Part shown: piece after piece, positions 9,532-18,236 of the stretch
Numbering within the stretch: position 1 is the first letter of the stretch
Layout of the letters: every line of letters starts with the position of its first letter
From: an uncultured Acidobacteriota bacterium
Lineage (GTDB): Bacteria; Actinomycetota; Acidimicrobiia; Spongiisociales; ZC4RG35
Reading direction: 5' to 3'
Assembly: GCA_963828465.1 (NCBI GenBank)
Contig: CAWHEU010000020.1
Location: 192,001-256,000 of the forward strand
DNA length: 64,000 nt
The notes under the pieces: model-generated
Told to the model about the DNA's origin: nothing
Seen by the model: only the letters and a program-made list of their open reading frames with translations
Databases searched by the model: none
Translations under genes and position numbers: made by a program

Positions 9532-10152
9532 GTGACCACCCAAACTGCCCCTGAGATCGGTCTCCGGGAACGCAAGAAGCGGCAGACCCGGGACCGTCTC
9601 GTCGAGGCGGCTTTCGCCCTGTTCGCCGAGCGCGGCTTCGACCATGTATCGGCCGCCGAGATCGCAGCTCGAGTGGATGTTTCCGAGCGCACGTTCTTCC
9701 GATATTTCCCTACCAAGGAAGATGTGATCTTCCCCGACACCGAGGAGCTGCGCGGGCGTGTCGACGAGCTCGTGGCCAACCTGCCTACCGAGCTGTCCGT
9801 CATCGAGGGCTTGCGCCGGGCCTTGCAAACCATCTCCCACGAGTTCGAGGATTCGAAGGATCTCCAACTCGCCCGGGCCCGACTGGTCGAATCCACGCCT
9901 TCGCTGCAGACGCTCGTCCTCCAACACGAGCAGGAGTGGGTGGAGTCGTTCGCCAACGCCGTGGCCGACCGTCTCGGGTTGGACCCGGATGAGGATCTTC
10001 GACCGGAGCTCACCGCGGCTGTGGTCGTGGCTGCCTTCCGGGCTGTGATGAACCGTTGGATCAGGTTAGGGGGAAACGCCGACGTCGATCAGATGCTCGA
10101 CCAGGCACTCGTCTTTCTCGGATCCGGCCTCGGCTCCTCCGATTTCGATTGA
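9532..10152 (+). CDS. TetR-family regulator
   Basis: GLRERKKRQTR...LFAERGF...VSERTFFRYFPTKE HTH; GTG start 7 nt after the -10 element (leaderless). Confidence 0.92.
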   Translation: MTTQTAPEIGLRERKKRQTRDRLVEAAFALFAERGFDHVSAAEIAARVDVSERTFFRYFPTKEDVIFPDTEELRGRVDELVANLPTELSVIEGLRRALQTISHEFEDSKDLQLARARLVESTPSLQTLVLQHEQEWVESFANAVADRLGLDPDEDLRPELTAAVVVAAFRAVMNRWIRLGGNADVDQMLDQALVFLGSGLGSSDFD

Positions 10153-10156
10153 GGGC

Positions 10157-11122
10157 TCAGTGCCCTCCGCTGCCCGCTCCGGTCGGGGGGCCGTCGGGGT
10201 TGGGCACGTGGTCGCCCCGCCATATGTCCGGTTCCAGGTAGATCCGGCCTGCCAGAGGAACGGCGAGACGAATCGAGGTCTCCGCCGCGTCGATGGCCCC
10301 GGCGATCTCGGAGGCGGTGAGCGAGGGAGTGAACTCCAGCTTGCCTGCGACCAAGAGCTCCTCGGGCCCGATGTGCTGGGTCTTTAGATCGATGATCCTG
10401 ACCACGTCCGGTGTCCCCTCGATCGCACCACGTATCGCGTCGATATCGCTGGCCATTGCGGCTTCCCCGATGAGGAGCGACTTCATCTCGACGGTGAGAA
10501 AACCGGCGATGACCAGCAACAGAGTGCCGATGCACAGCGTCCCGACCGCGTCCCAGACCTCGTTCCCGGTTATGGCGGCCAAACCCACACCGATCATCGC
10601 CAAGAAGAGCCCGATCAGGGCTCCTGCGTCTTCGAGGAGGACGACGGGCAGCTCCGGGGAGCGGGAAGTGTGGATGTACTCCCACCAGCCGCGTTCGCCT
10701 TTTACCTTCCTCGACTCGTCGATGGCGGTGTGGAAGCTCCACGACTCCAGCCCTATTGCCACGACCAGCACACCGATCGCCCAGCCGATCGAGGTCAACT
10801 CATGGGGATGGAGGAGCTTGCTCACGCCCTCGTAGATAGAAAAGAGCCCACCGAGGGTGAACAGGACCATCGCCACGACGAAGGACCAGAAGTAACGCTC
10901 CCTCCCATAGCCGAATTGGTACTGGTCGTCGGCGACCTTGCGCGCCCGCTTGCCACCGAGCAGCAAGAGCCCTTGGTTGGATGTGTCGGCGACCGAGTGG
11001 ATCGACTCGGCGAGCATCGAGGCGGATCCGGTGACCACATATGCGACGAACTTGGCCACCGCGATCCCGGCGTTGGCCAGCATCGCGGCGATGATTGCCC
11101 TTGTTCCGCCGCTGGTCGCCAT
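10157..11122 (-). CDS. Cation diffusion facilitator (CDF) transporter
   Basis: SMLAESIHSVADTSNQ, FGYGRERYFW, LLEDAGAL. Confidence 0.9.
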   Translation of the reverse strand: MATSGGTRAIIAAMLANAGIAVAKFVAYVVTGSASMLAESIHSVADTSNQGLLLLGGKRARKVADDQYQFGYGRERYFWSFVVAMVLFTLGGLFSIYEGVSKLLHPHELTSIGWAIGVLVVAIGLESWSFHTAIDESRKVKGERGWWEYIHTSRSPELPVVLLEDAGALIGLFLAMIGVGLAAITGNEVWDAVGTLCIGTLLLVIAGFLTVEMKSLLIGEAAMASDIDAIRGAIEGTPDVVRIIDLKTQHIGPEELLVAGKLEFTPSLTASEIAGAIDAAETSIRLAVPLAGRIYLEPDIWRGDHVPNPDGPPTGAGSGGH

Positions 11123-11132
11123 GAATCGGATG

Positions 11133-11351
11133 CTAGGTGAGCAAGGAGACCGCTCCCCAGGTCGTCATCAGGACTCCGACGAGCACAAGAAACGCGACAC
11201 GACCGGCGCGGTATTCGGGGTTCTCCACTCCCGCCGGGGCCTTTCCCTGGCGATGCCGCCACCAGGCGAGCCCGTTGCCGACGAGGAGGGCCAGGCCGAG
11301 ACCGAGGATCAGCTCAGGGAGCAGGTTCTCGAAGTCGAAGATGTCGCCCAC
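11133..11351 (-). CDS. Small two-TM membrane protein
   Basis: 72 aa, two hydrophobic helices, TAGCGT -10 just upstream of the GTG. Confidence 0.7.
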   Translation of the reverse strand: MGDIFDFENLLPELILGLGLALLVGNGLAWWRHRQGKAPAGVENPEYRAGRVAFLVLVGVLMTTWGAVSLLT

Positions 11352-11385
11352 TCCCGGTCACGCTAACCCTGAATAGTCTGCGTGG

Positions 11386-12246
11386 GTGAGTCAGGACCTT
11401 CACTCTGCGTCTGCCTCGGCACCGGCGACCTCGGCCAATTTGGGCCCAGGCTTCGATTGCCTGGCATTGGCAATCGAGATCCGCTGCGCGGTGAAGGCCA
11501 GTCGTGCCGATGCCTGGAGCGTCGACCACATCGGGAGGTATCAGCCCGGACCCGAAGAGGGTGACAGGGTCATCAGTGCTGCCCGCGGTGTCGTGGGCGA
11601 CGAGTTCCCGCTCGCACTCCAGGTCGATGCCGAGATCCCGATCGGGAAGGGCCTTGGCTCATCTGCGGCAGCCTCCGTCGCCGGCATCGCCGCAGCTCTT
11701 CGCCTGACCGGGGAGAAGCCAAGTCACGATCGTGTCTACCGGCTTGCTGTGGAACTGGAGGGTCATTCAGACAACGTTGCCGCTGCCGTATACGGCGGCC
11801 TGGCGCTGGTGCCGGCGGAGGGCATGCCGCTCCGACTCCCGATCCACCCCGGGCTCCAGGTGGTGCTCGCGGTGCCCGACCGTCATCTCCCCACGGAGCA
11901 GGCGCGGCGGGTCATCGAACACTCTCATCCCCAGGACCGGGTCCTGCGCAGCCTGTCACGAGTCTCTGCCCTCACTGCCGGGCTCATCACCGGCGACCCG
12001 GACCTTCTCGGGGCGGCTCATGGGGACGAGATCCATGAGCAACCCCGAGATGAGATCTCACCCGAGGTGGCAGGTTTGATCGAGGTCGGGAAGCGTGCCG
12101 GCGCCCTTCATGCCGCGCGGTCCGGGGCCGGGCCGTCTGTCATCGCCTTCTGTACGAGCGACTCGAGGGAAAAGGTCGCCGCCGCCTTCACCGAGGCTGG
12201 CGTGGATGCACTCACACCGCAGCTGGCCACTACCGGTCTGGTCTAG
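11386..12246 (+). CDS. thrB: Homoserine kinase
   Basis: APATSANLGPGFD, IPIGKGLGSSAAA, EGHSDN, SGAGPS. Confidence 0.93.
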   Translation: MSQDLHSASASAPATSANLGPGFDCLALAIEIRCAVKASRADAWSVDHIGRYQPGPEEGDRVISAARGVVGDEFPLALQVDAEIPIGKGLGSSAAASVAGIAAALRLTGEKPSHDRVYRLAVELEGHSDNVAAAVYGGLALVPAEGMPLRLPIHPGLQVVLAVPDRHLPTEQARRVIEHSHPQDRVLRSLSRVSALTAGLITGDPDLLGAAHGDEIHEQPRDEISPEVAGLIEVGKRAGALHAARSGAGPSVIAFCTSDSREKVAAAFTEAGVDALTPQLATTGLV

Positions 12247-12286
12247 TCGGCGAAGAACGCCGCTAGGAGTGAGGCGGAAAGCAGAC

Positions 12287-12360
12287 GAACCAGGTGCGGG
12301 GTGGTGGCACCACACCTGGTTCTCAGGGAGGATCCCGGTCGGGGGGAGCCGAGCGGGTCC
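12287..12360 (-). ncRNA. 6C-like small RNA (two hairpins with C-rich loops)
   Basis: Hairpin GGACCCGCUCGG-CUCCCC-CCGACCGGGAUCC, then GAACCAGGUGUGG-UGCCACCACC-CCGCACCUGGUUC, in an intergenic region. Confidence 0.65.
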
Positions 12361-12439
12361 GGCACTTGGCCTTGCTGCTGATCGATGTTTTCGTCAGGGG
12401 AACGATCGACCTGCATGGGTCCGCGGACCTATGAACGGT

Positions 12440-12465
12440 GACAGAATCCGCCCTATGCCGGACAC
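12440..12465 (+). promoter_or_regulatory. Putative ECF promoter GACAGAATCC-N8-CCGGACAC (second copy at 12965-12990)
   Basis: Same bipartite motif and spacing in front of the sigma gene and in front of its partner gene. Confidence 0.65.
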
Positions 12466-12468
12466 TGG

Positions 12469-13026
12469 GTGGTAGTGAGCTCCGAAGGCGAGCGGCGAGA
12501 CCGCTTCGAATCGCTCGTCGCCGATGTGTACGACCCGTTGCAGCGCTATATACGTCGTCGCGTCACGGCCGACGAAGCGGGCGATGTCCTCTCCGATGTC
12601 TTGCTCACCGTGTGGCGTCGTCTCGAGGATGTGCCCGAGGGCGCCGTCCTGCCGTGGTCCTACGGCGTTGCAAGGCGAACAGTCTCTAATCACCGCCGCG
12701 CCGCCTCGCGGCACCTGAAATTGGTTGAGCGACTCGAGGCGGAGCGATCCCCGGCCGTGGACGACGACCCGGCGCGGCAACTGGAAGATCCTGAGCTGGC
12801 CGAGGCGATGGCAGGCTTGCCTGCCGCCGACCAGGAGATCCTCCGTCTCTGGGCTTGGGAGCAACTCGAGCCGCGGGAGATCGCCCTGACACTGGGCAGC
12901 ACGGCCAACGCGGTGAGTCTTCGGCTCAGCCGTGCTCGGAAGAAGTTGGCCGATGCGATGGCTCGACAGGATCCCTCCGCTCCCGGACACATAGGGGATG
13001 AAACCGCCGAGGAGAATCGACGATGA
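12469..13026 (+). CDS. ECF sigma factor
   Basis: Region 2 (DVLSDVLLTVWRR, WSYGVARR) and region 4 (EIALTLGSTANAVSLRLSRAR). Confidence 0.9.
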   Translation: MVVSSEGERRDRFESLVADVYDPLQRYIRRRVTADEAGDVLSDVLLTVWRRLEDVPEGAVLPWSYGVARRTVSNHRRAASRHLKLVERLEAERSPAVDDDPARQLEDPELAEAMAGLPAADQEILRLWAWEQLEPREIALTLGSTANAVSLRLSRARKKLADAMARQDPSAPGHIGDETAEENRR

Positions 13027-13616
13027 CAGACCAGCTACGTGAACGGCTAGCCCGTCTCGATCCGATGCACCAAGGCGTGGGCACAGAACCACCGTCCAAA
13101 GAGCTGTTGGAGGGCATCATGAGTACACCAGTCGTAGAACAACCTGAGACCGGGCCGGAACAAAAGTCCAACCGCTGGCTCGTCGGCATCGCGGCCGCTG
13201 CCGCGCTCGTTCTGGCCGTTGGGGGCGTGATCGCGCTCACCGGTGGTGGGACGGACCCGGTGGCTTCCGAACCCCCGCTGGAGCTGACCGCGGGAGGCGA
13301 AGATCTCACGGCAATGTGCATTGTCTTCAGCGTCGAGGAGCTGGCCAAGGCGCCACTCGCCTTCGAGGGAACCGCTACCGCGGTCGACGGAGACACCATC
13401 ACTCTCGATGTCGACCACTGGTTCAAGGGTGGCGACGCCGGCCAGGTCGTGCTCAACGCACCACCCGGCATGGTGGCACTCATCGGCGGGATCCCGTTCG
13501 AGACCGGCGGTCAGTACCTGATCACCGCCTACGACGGGAACGTCAACTACTGCGGGTTCAGCGGTCCCTCGAACCCTGAGCTGAGATCCGCCTACGAGCA
13601 AGCCTTCGGAGCCTGA
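13023..13616 (+). CDS. Putative single-TM anti-sigma factor
   Basis: ATGA overlap with the sigma gene, cytoplasmic N-terminus, one TM, extracellular domain with two Cys. Confidence 0.7.
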   Translation: MTDQLRERLARLDPMHQGVGTEPPSKELLEGIMSTPVVEQPETGPEQKSNRWLVGIAAAAALVLAVGGVIALTGGGTDPVASEPPLELTAGGEDLTAMCIVFSVEELAKAPLAFEGTATAVDGDTITLDVDHWFKGGDAGQVVLNAPPGMVALIGGIPFETGGQYLITAYDGNVNYCGFSGPSNPELRSAYEQAFGA

Positions 13617-13632
13617 ACCCCTGCTCGACTGT

Positions 13633-13666
13633 GAAGGGGAGAGGCCGGTGAGGGCCTCTCCCCTTC
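13633..13666. terminator. Bidirectional hairpin between convergent genes
   Basis: GAAGGGGAGAGGCC-N6-GGCCTCTCCCCTTC, perfect 14-bp stem. Confidence 0.8.
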
Positions 13667-13689
13667 CGCGATTCCATCGCCTCGTCGTT

Positions 13690-14970
13690 TCAGTTGTTGG
13701 CCTGGTACCAGGCGGCCCAATCGTCGAGGTTGTCCATCATCAGGTTGGCGCAGTCGGGTGAGAATGAGTAGGCACATCCGGCCGCCGCATATTCGGTGCT
13801 CAGCTCACCACCCTCGGCAAACGCCTGGAAGCTCTCATTGAGCTCGGCGTCCTCCGGGTATCGGTCTTCGTGCCAGCCACGGGCACCTATCGTTGAGATG
13901 ACTCCGAACGTCCTGTTGATTACCGCGGCCGGCTTGCCCACTGCCTCGTTGAGTGCGTTCGAGTAGTGGACGTCGCATCGGACGAGCGCTTCATCCGCGG
14001 TTTCACAGTTCTCCAGCGACACCTGGGCCCCCAGGATCGATTCGTACTGGACTTTGAGGGTCAATGGGTCGGTCGGGTCCGAGCAAGCACCAAATTCGGC
14101 GCTCAAGACCGCCGCTGCCACACAGTCCCCGCCGTACCAACTCGAGATCACGTCCTGGACGGCAGCCAGATCATCTCGCGATTGGTACCAATCCGCCCAC
14201 GCCTCGACGTTCTCCAGTTGGATCGCGGCACACGATGTGGGGAACGGACCCGCGCCGATGCACTCGTCGTAGCCGTCGTACGACCCCTCCAAGGCGAGGA
14301 ACGACCCCATCGATAGGAGCGCCCCGTGGTGGACGGGGAACGCGAACTCAACGATTTGCCCGTCGCTGACCCTCACTTCAAATGTCTCGCCGGGATCGAC
14401 GAACCCGATGGCGTCGGTCAATGAGTTTCCGTAACGGTAGATGCAGTCGATTGCATCGCCACTGGTCCCCGGCTCGGTGCAATCGAGGTCCACCTGCCCT
14501 CCGATGGCTTCCTGATATGCGGCCTCCGTGGCTATCTCCTCGTCGTTGGGCCATGCCAGGTCGAACAGCCCCGCTGCCGTCGTGGCGTCTCCGGAGTACA
14601 GGGCGGCGGCACCAGCCTCGATGATCTCGCCATCAGACATGGCCTCGGGCTCGAGGACCGTGGTCGGGGTGGGGACGGTGGTTTGATCGACCACCTGGCC
14701 ATCATCTCCACTGAAGGCGAAATACAACCCACCTATGGCGAGGACGACGGCAAACGCCGCCAAAGCCCAGGCGAGACCTCGCCCCGGACCGGGACTCTTC
14801 GTCGTCACCGGTTGATCTGTCTTGGTCATGAAAACTCCCTCTCGTCGTTTCGTAGCAACGACCAGGGGATCGCCGGCCAGTTCGGCCTCGATACGCTCGA
14901 TCAACTCCTCCGCGCCGACAGGGGTTCCTCTCTCACTGAGCTGGTGCAGCTTGTTCGTGAAGTCAGCCAC
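13690..14970 (-). CDS. Putative anti-sigma/membrane sensor with a duplicated Cys-containing extracellular domain
   Basis: Overlaps the ECF stop; one TM; internal repeat YQEAIGGQV..C..C.Y.Y.NSL / YESILGAQV..C..C.V.YSNAL. Confidence 0.7.
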   Translation of the reverse strand: MADFTNKLHQLSERGTPVGAEELIERIEAELAGDPLVVATKRREGVFMTKTDQPVTTKSPGPGRGLAWALAAFAVVLAIGGLYFAFSGDDGQVVDQTTVPTPTTVLEPEAMSDGEIIEAGAAALYSGDATTAAGLFDLAWPNDEEIATEAAYQEAIGGQVDLDCTEPGTSGDAIDCIYRYGNSLTDAIGFVDPGETFEVRVSDGQIVEFAFPVHHGALLSMGSFLALEGSYDGYDECIGAGPFPTSCAAIQLENVEAWADWYQSRDDLAAVQDVISSWYGGDCVAAAVLSAEFGACSDPTDPLTLKVQYESILGAQVSLENCETADEALVRCDVHYSNALNEAVGKPAAVINRTFGVISTIGARGWHEDRYPEDAELNESFQAFAEGGELSTEYAAAGCAYSFSPDCANLMMDNLDDWAAWYQANN

Positions 14971-15472
14971 TGGCCACCTCCAATGCGAGCCGCGCCTGCT
15001 TCCTGGCTCTACTCGCCATCGCTCTCGCCGCCATCGTGGTCATCCCCAACTGATCCGCCGCCTCCGCGTAGGGCACACCCTCCACCTCGACGAGATAGAG
15101 GATGGCCCTGTGCTTTGGAGGAAGATCGAGAATCGCCTCGATATCGGCCGGATAGCTGGGCGACCAGCTCTCCTCGACGGTTAGCCGAGCTACGGCCTTC
15201 CGCCGACGACCGAGGCTGCGCCGTTGGTTAGAGGCCAGGTTCACGATCGTCGTCCGGAGGTAAGCCAGCGGATTGTCGAGGTCGGATATGGACCCTCTCC
15301 TCAACACCTTCACTAGCGCCTCCTGAACCAGATCGTCCGGCTCGACATCAACGGAGCCCGCCACCGCGGCGATCCTCCGCAAGGCCGGGTAGAGAGCCGT
15401 AATCAGCTCCCTCTCCCCATCCCCTACCGAAGATCGCTTTGGCAATCGAAGTTTCTCCCTGTCGTCACGCAT
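14963..15472 (-). CDS. ECF sigma factor
   Basis: DDLVQEALVK, AYLRTTIVNL, EGVPYAEAADQLG; start uncertain. Confidence 0.85.
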   Translation of the reverse strand: MRDDREKLRLPKRSSVGDGERELITALYPALRRIAAVAGSVDVEPDDLVQEALVKVLRRGSISDLDNPLAYLRTTIVNLASNQRRSLGRRRKAVARLTVEESWSPSYPADIEAILDLPPKHRAILYLVEVEGVPYAEAADQLGMTTMAARAMASRARKQARLALEVASG

Positions 15473-15538
15473 AAAGACACCGCTTCACCACGTTGTGTGA
15501 CACACATTCGTGCCGGTTCCGTCACTATGCACCGAGGT

Positions 15539-16444
15539 TCACGACTCCAGCGCGGCGGCGATCAGCGCCGTATGTCGCAGGCGGGCCTCGTCAACACTGA
15601 TCTCGACCCCCATCGACTGCCAAGCGGGCACCCAAATTTCGATATCGGGCATCGGGCGACAGAGGGCCAACAGTTCCCAATAGTGCAGATCCTCGAGGGT
15701 TCGGCCGGAATGTTGCCGGTAAACCTCGACGAAAACCTCGGCCGCCCCGGTCAGACCCAGCAGCTTCATATCGAGGGCGCAGTAGGCGACATCCAGTGCG
15801 GGGTCGGCGATGGCGCCGCCCTCCCAATCGATCACCGCGGCCAGCTTCTGCTCGGTCCAGAGGGTGTTGCCCGGCCAGAAGTCATGGTGAACGTAGACCG
15901 GAGCCTCGGGCTTCAGGGAGGCGAGGATCTCCTCACGTTTTGCCCAAAGCTCCATGCCGAGCGGGTGCCGGCGCAACGCGGCCAGGGTGTCCGCATCGGA
16001 TTGGTGACCGTCCGTGTGGGCCAGCACCGGGAAGAGGTCCCGATCCGCGGACGCAGGCTGGATCCGATGGATCTCGATGAGCGCGTCTGCCAGTTGAGAG
16101 GCCCAATCGTTCGGATCGGTCGGATCCAGAAGCACGGCTCCTTCGACGTAGGAGATGACGATGGCGCGTTCCGGGAAAAGCCCCGACCTATCGATCCATA
16201 TTGGAGATGGAGCACTAATGCTGCGGTCAACCGCCAAGGTGAGGGCACGGAATTCGCTTTCCGCAGGACTGGTCTCTCCAGATTCGGGAAGCCAATAGCG
16301 CTTCAGCACTACTGGCTCGCCGGGCTCGTTCCCGACGATGAGCACGTCGACTGTCCCACCGAGACCGCCGACGATTCGGCGGTCGAAGCGTGTGGGTCGC
16401 CCGAGCTCTCGCCCGAGGGCGTCCAGCTGCTCGAGGGTGGGCAT
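15539..16444 (-). CDS. Aminoglycoside phosphotransferase/choline kinase-family protein
   Basis: HHDFWPGN catalytic loop, IDWE; start at 16444 or 16462. Confidence 0.85.
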   Translation of the reverse strand: MPTLEQLDALGRELGRPTRFDRRIVGGLGGTVDVLIVGNEPGEPVVLKRYWLPESGETSPAESEFRALTLAVDRSISAPSPIWIDRSGLFPERAIVISYVEGAVLLDPTDPNDWASQLADALIEIHRIQPASADRDLFPVLAHTDGHQSDADTLAALRRHPLGMELWAKREEILASLKPEAPVYVHHDFWPGNTLWTEQKLAAVIDWEGGAIADPALDVAYCALDMKLLGLTGAAEVFVEVYRQHSGRTLEDLHYWELLALCRPMPDIEIWVPAWQSMGVEISVDEARLRHTALIAAALES

Positions 16445-16498
16445 AGGCGCGTAGTGATCCATGCCGGTCAGGGTGTTCCCAGGCCTTTCGACCACGTC

Positions 16499-16527
16499 TT
16501 GACTATCCCGGCACCCGTTCCCATACT
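16499..16527 (+). promoter_or_regulatory. sigma70 promoter of the cimA leader
   Basis: TTGACT-N17-CATACT. Confidence 0.65.
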
Positions 16528-16537
16528 GAGCGACAGT

Positions 16538-16582
16538 ATGAGAGGAATGACCGAGCCGCGCACGCCCATCATCATTCCCTAG
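16538..16582 (+). CDS. Ile-rich leader peptide MRGMTEPRTPIIIP (cimA attenuator)
   Basis: ATG at 16538 or 16547, ATC ATC ATT at 16568-16576, TAG at 16580-16582, followed by alternative hairpins and a terminator. Confidence 0.8.
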   Translation: MRGMTEPRTPIIIP

Positions 16583-16616
16583 GGGCCCGCGCCGACTAGG
16601 CGCCCGCCCCTGCACC

Positions 16617-16649
16617 GGACCTCCGCAAGCCGCGGGGGTCCTTTCTATT
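16617..16649 (+). terminator. Attenuator terminator in front of cimA
   Basis: GGACCTCCGC-AAGCC-GCGGGGGTCC followed by TTTCTATT, 12 nt before the cimA ATG. Confidence 0.8.
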
Positions 16650-16661
16650 GGCAGGACGACC

Positions 16662-18236
16662 ATGAACAAGACAGCCGAGATCTACGACACAACGCTGCGG
16701 GACGGAACCCAGGCCGAGGGCCTCTCACCGACGGTGGGAGAGAAGCTGCGCGTCGTGCGGCTGCTCGACGAGCTTGGCGTCCATTTCATCGAAGGGGGAT
16801 GGCCAGGGGCGAATCCCAAGGACGACGAGTTCTTTGCGCGGGCCACCAAGGAGCTCGACCTGGAGCGAGCCCAGCTGGTCGCCTTCGGTTCCACACGGCG
16901 GCCACGTGGCCTGGTGGAGCGCGATCCCCAGCTCCAGGCGCTGCTCGATGCCGACACCGATTTCATCTGCATCGTCGGCAAGTCATGGGACCGCCACGTG
17001 ACCGATGCCCTCAATACCTCCCTGGAGGAGGGTCTGGACATGGTGGGGGAATCGATCGCCTTCCTTCGGGAACGAGGGAAACGGGTTTTCTTCGACGCCG
17101 AGCACTTCTTCGACGGCTTCCGCAACAACCCGGCGTACGCCCTTTCGGTGGTGGAGACGGCTGCGGGCGCGGGCGCCGAGCGGGTAGTTCTCTGCGACAC
17201 CAACGGTGGGGCCCTTCCCTCCGACATCGCCCCAGCGGTCGAGGCGGTCTCTGGGCAGGTCGAGACCGTTCTGGGAGTTCATTTCCACAACGACTCCGAC
17301 TGCGCAGTGGCCAACTCGCTCACGGCCCTCTCTCTCGGTGTGCATCAGGTGCAGGGCTGCATCAATGGATACGGCGAGCGCACCGGCAATGCCGATCTCT
17401 GCTCCGTGATCCCAAATCTCAGCCTGAAGTCAGGTGTGGAGACGATCCCTGCTGACTCACTGGCTCGCCTCTACCCGATCGCCCAGCAGATCGCCGACAT
17501 CCTCGGCTCCCCCATTGACTCCAAGCGGCCATACGTCGGGACCTCGGCCTTCGCCCACAAGGGGGGGCTGCACACTTCGGGTCTGGCTCGTCTCGAGGGT
17601 GCCTACGAGCATGTCAACCCCAGTGCCGTGGGCAACTCTGCTCGGATGCTTTTCAGTGAGCTGATGGGTCGAGCAACGGTGCTCACTGTCGCCCGGGAGA
17701 AGGGATGGGACCTCGATCCGGACCGCGCCCAGCAGCTGGTTGAGCAGGTAAAGCGGCTCGAGCATGCCGGATACCAGTTCGAGGCGGCCGATGGCTCATT
17801 CGAGATGCTGGTGCGGCGGGCCACCGAGGGATACGAGGAGTTGTTCGAACTTGATGCGCTCTCCGTCAGCATCCAGGCCAATGGCGAGGTGACAGCCCGA
17901 GCCAACCTGACGCTGACGGTGAACGGCGAGACCGTGGAGGTATCGGCCGAGGGTGATGGACCGGTCAACGCGATGGACCAGGCTCTGCGCAGCGCACTGG
18001 TCGACACCCATCCCGAGGTGAAGCGGCTCCGGCTGACCGACTACAAGGTTCGCGACCTCGACTCTTCCGACGGAACCGCCGCACGGGTGCGGGTCTTGAT
18101 CGAGACCACGAATGGAGAGTCGAGTTGGGGCACTGTCGGCGTCCATCAGAACATCATCGAGGCCTCATGGCAGGCCCTCAGCGAAGGAATCCTCATCGGG
18201 CTGTTGCGACACGGGATCGAGCCCGAGCTGGGCTAG
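16662..18236 (+). CDS. cimA: Citramalate synthase
   Basis: DTTLRDGTQAEG, IEGGWPGANPKD, DAEHFFDGF, YVGTSAFAHKGGLH, C-terminal regulatory domain. Confidence 0.92.
   Translation: MNKTAEIYDTTLRDGTQAEGLSPTVGEKLRVVRLLDELGVHFIEGGWPGANPKDDEFFARATKELDLERAQLVAFGSTRRPRGLVERDPQLQALLDADTDFICIVGKSWDRHVTDALNTSLEEGLDMVGESIAFLRERGKRVFFDAEHFFDGFRNNPAYALSVVETAAGAGAERVVLCDTNGGALPSDIAPAVEAVSGQVETVLGVHFHNDSDCAVANSLTALSLGVHQVQGCINGYGERTGNADLCSVIPNLSLKSGVETIPADSLARLYPIAQQIADILGSPIDSKRPYVGTSAFAHKGGLHTSGLARLEGAYEHVNPSAVGNSARMLFSELMGRATVLTVAREKGWDLDPDRAQQLVEQVKRLEHAGYQFEAADGSFEMLVRRATEGYEELFELDALSVSIQANGEVTARANLTLTVNGETVEVSAEGDGPVNAMDQALRSALVDTHPEVKRLRLTDYKVRDLDSSDGTAARVRVLIETTNGESSWGTVGVHQNIIEASWQALSEGILIGLLRHGIEPELG

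Noticed and set aside
15539-16444. Aminoglycoside resistance gene
   Set aside because: Only generic APH-fold motifs are present, with no mobile context and no evidence for the substrate
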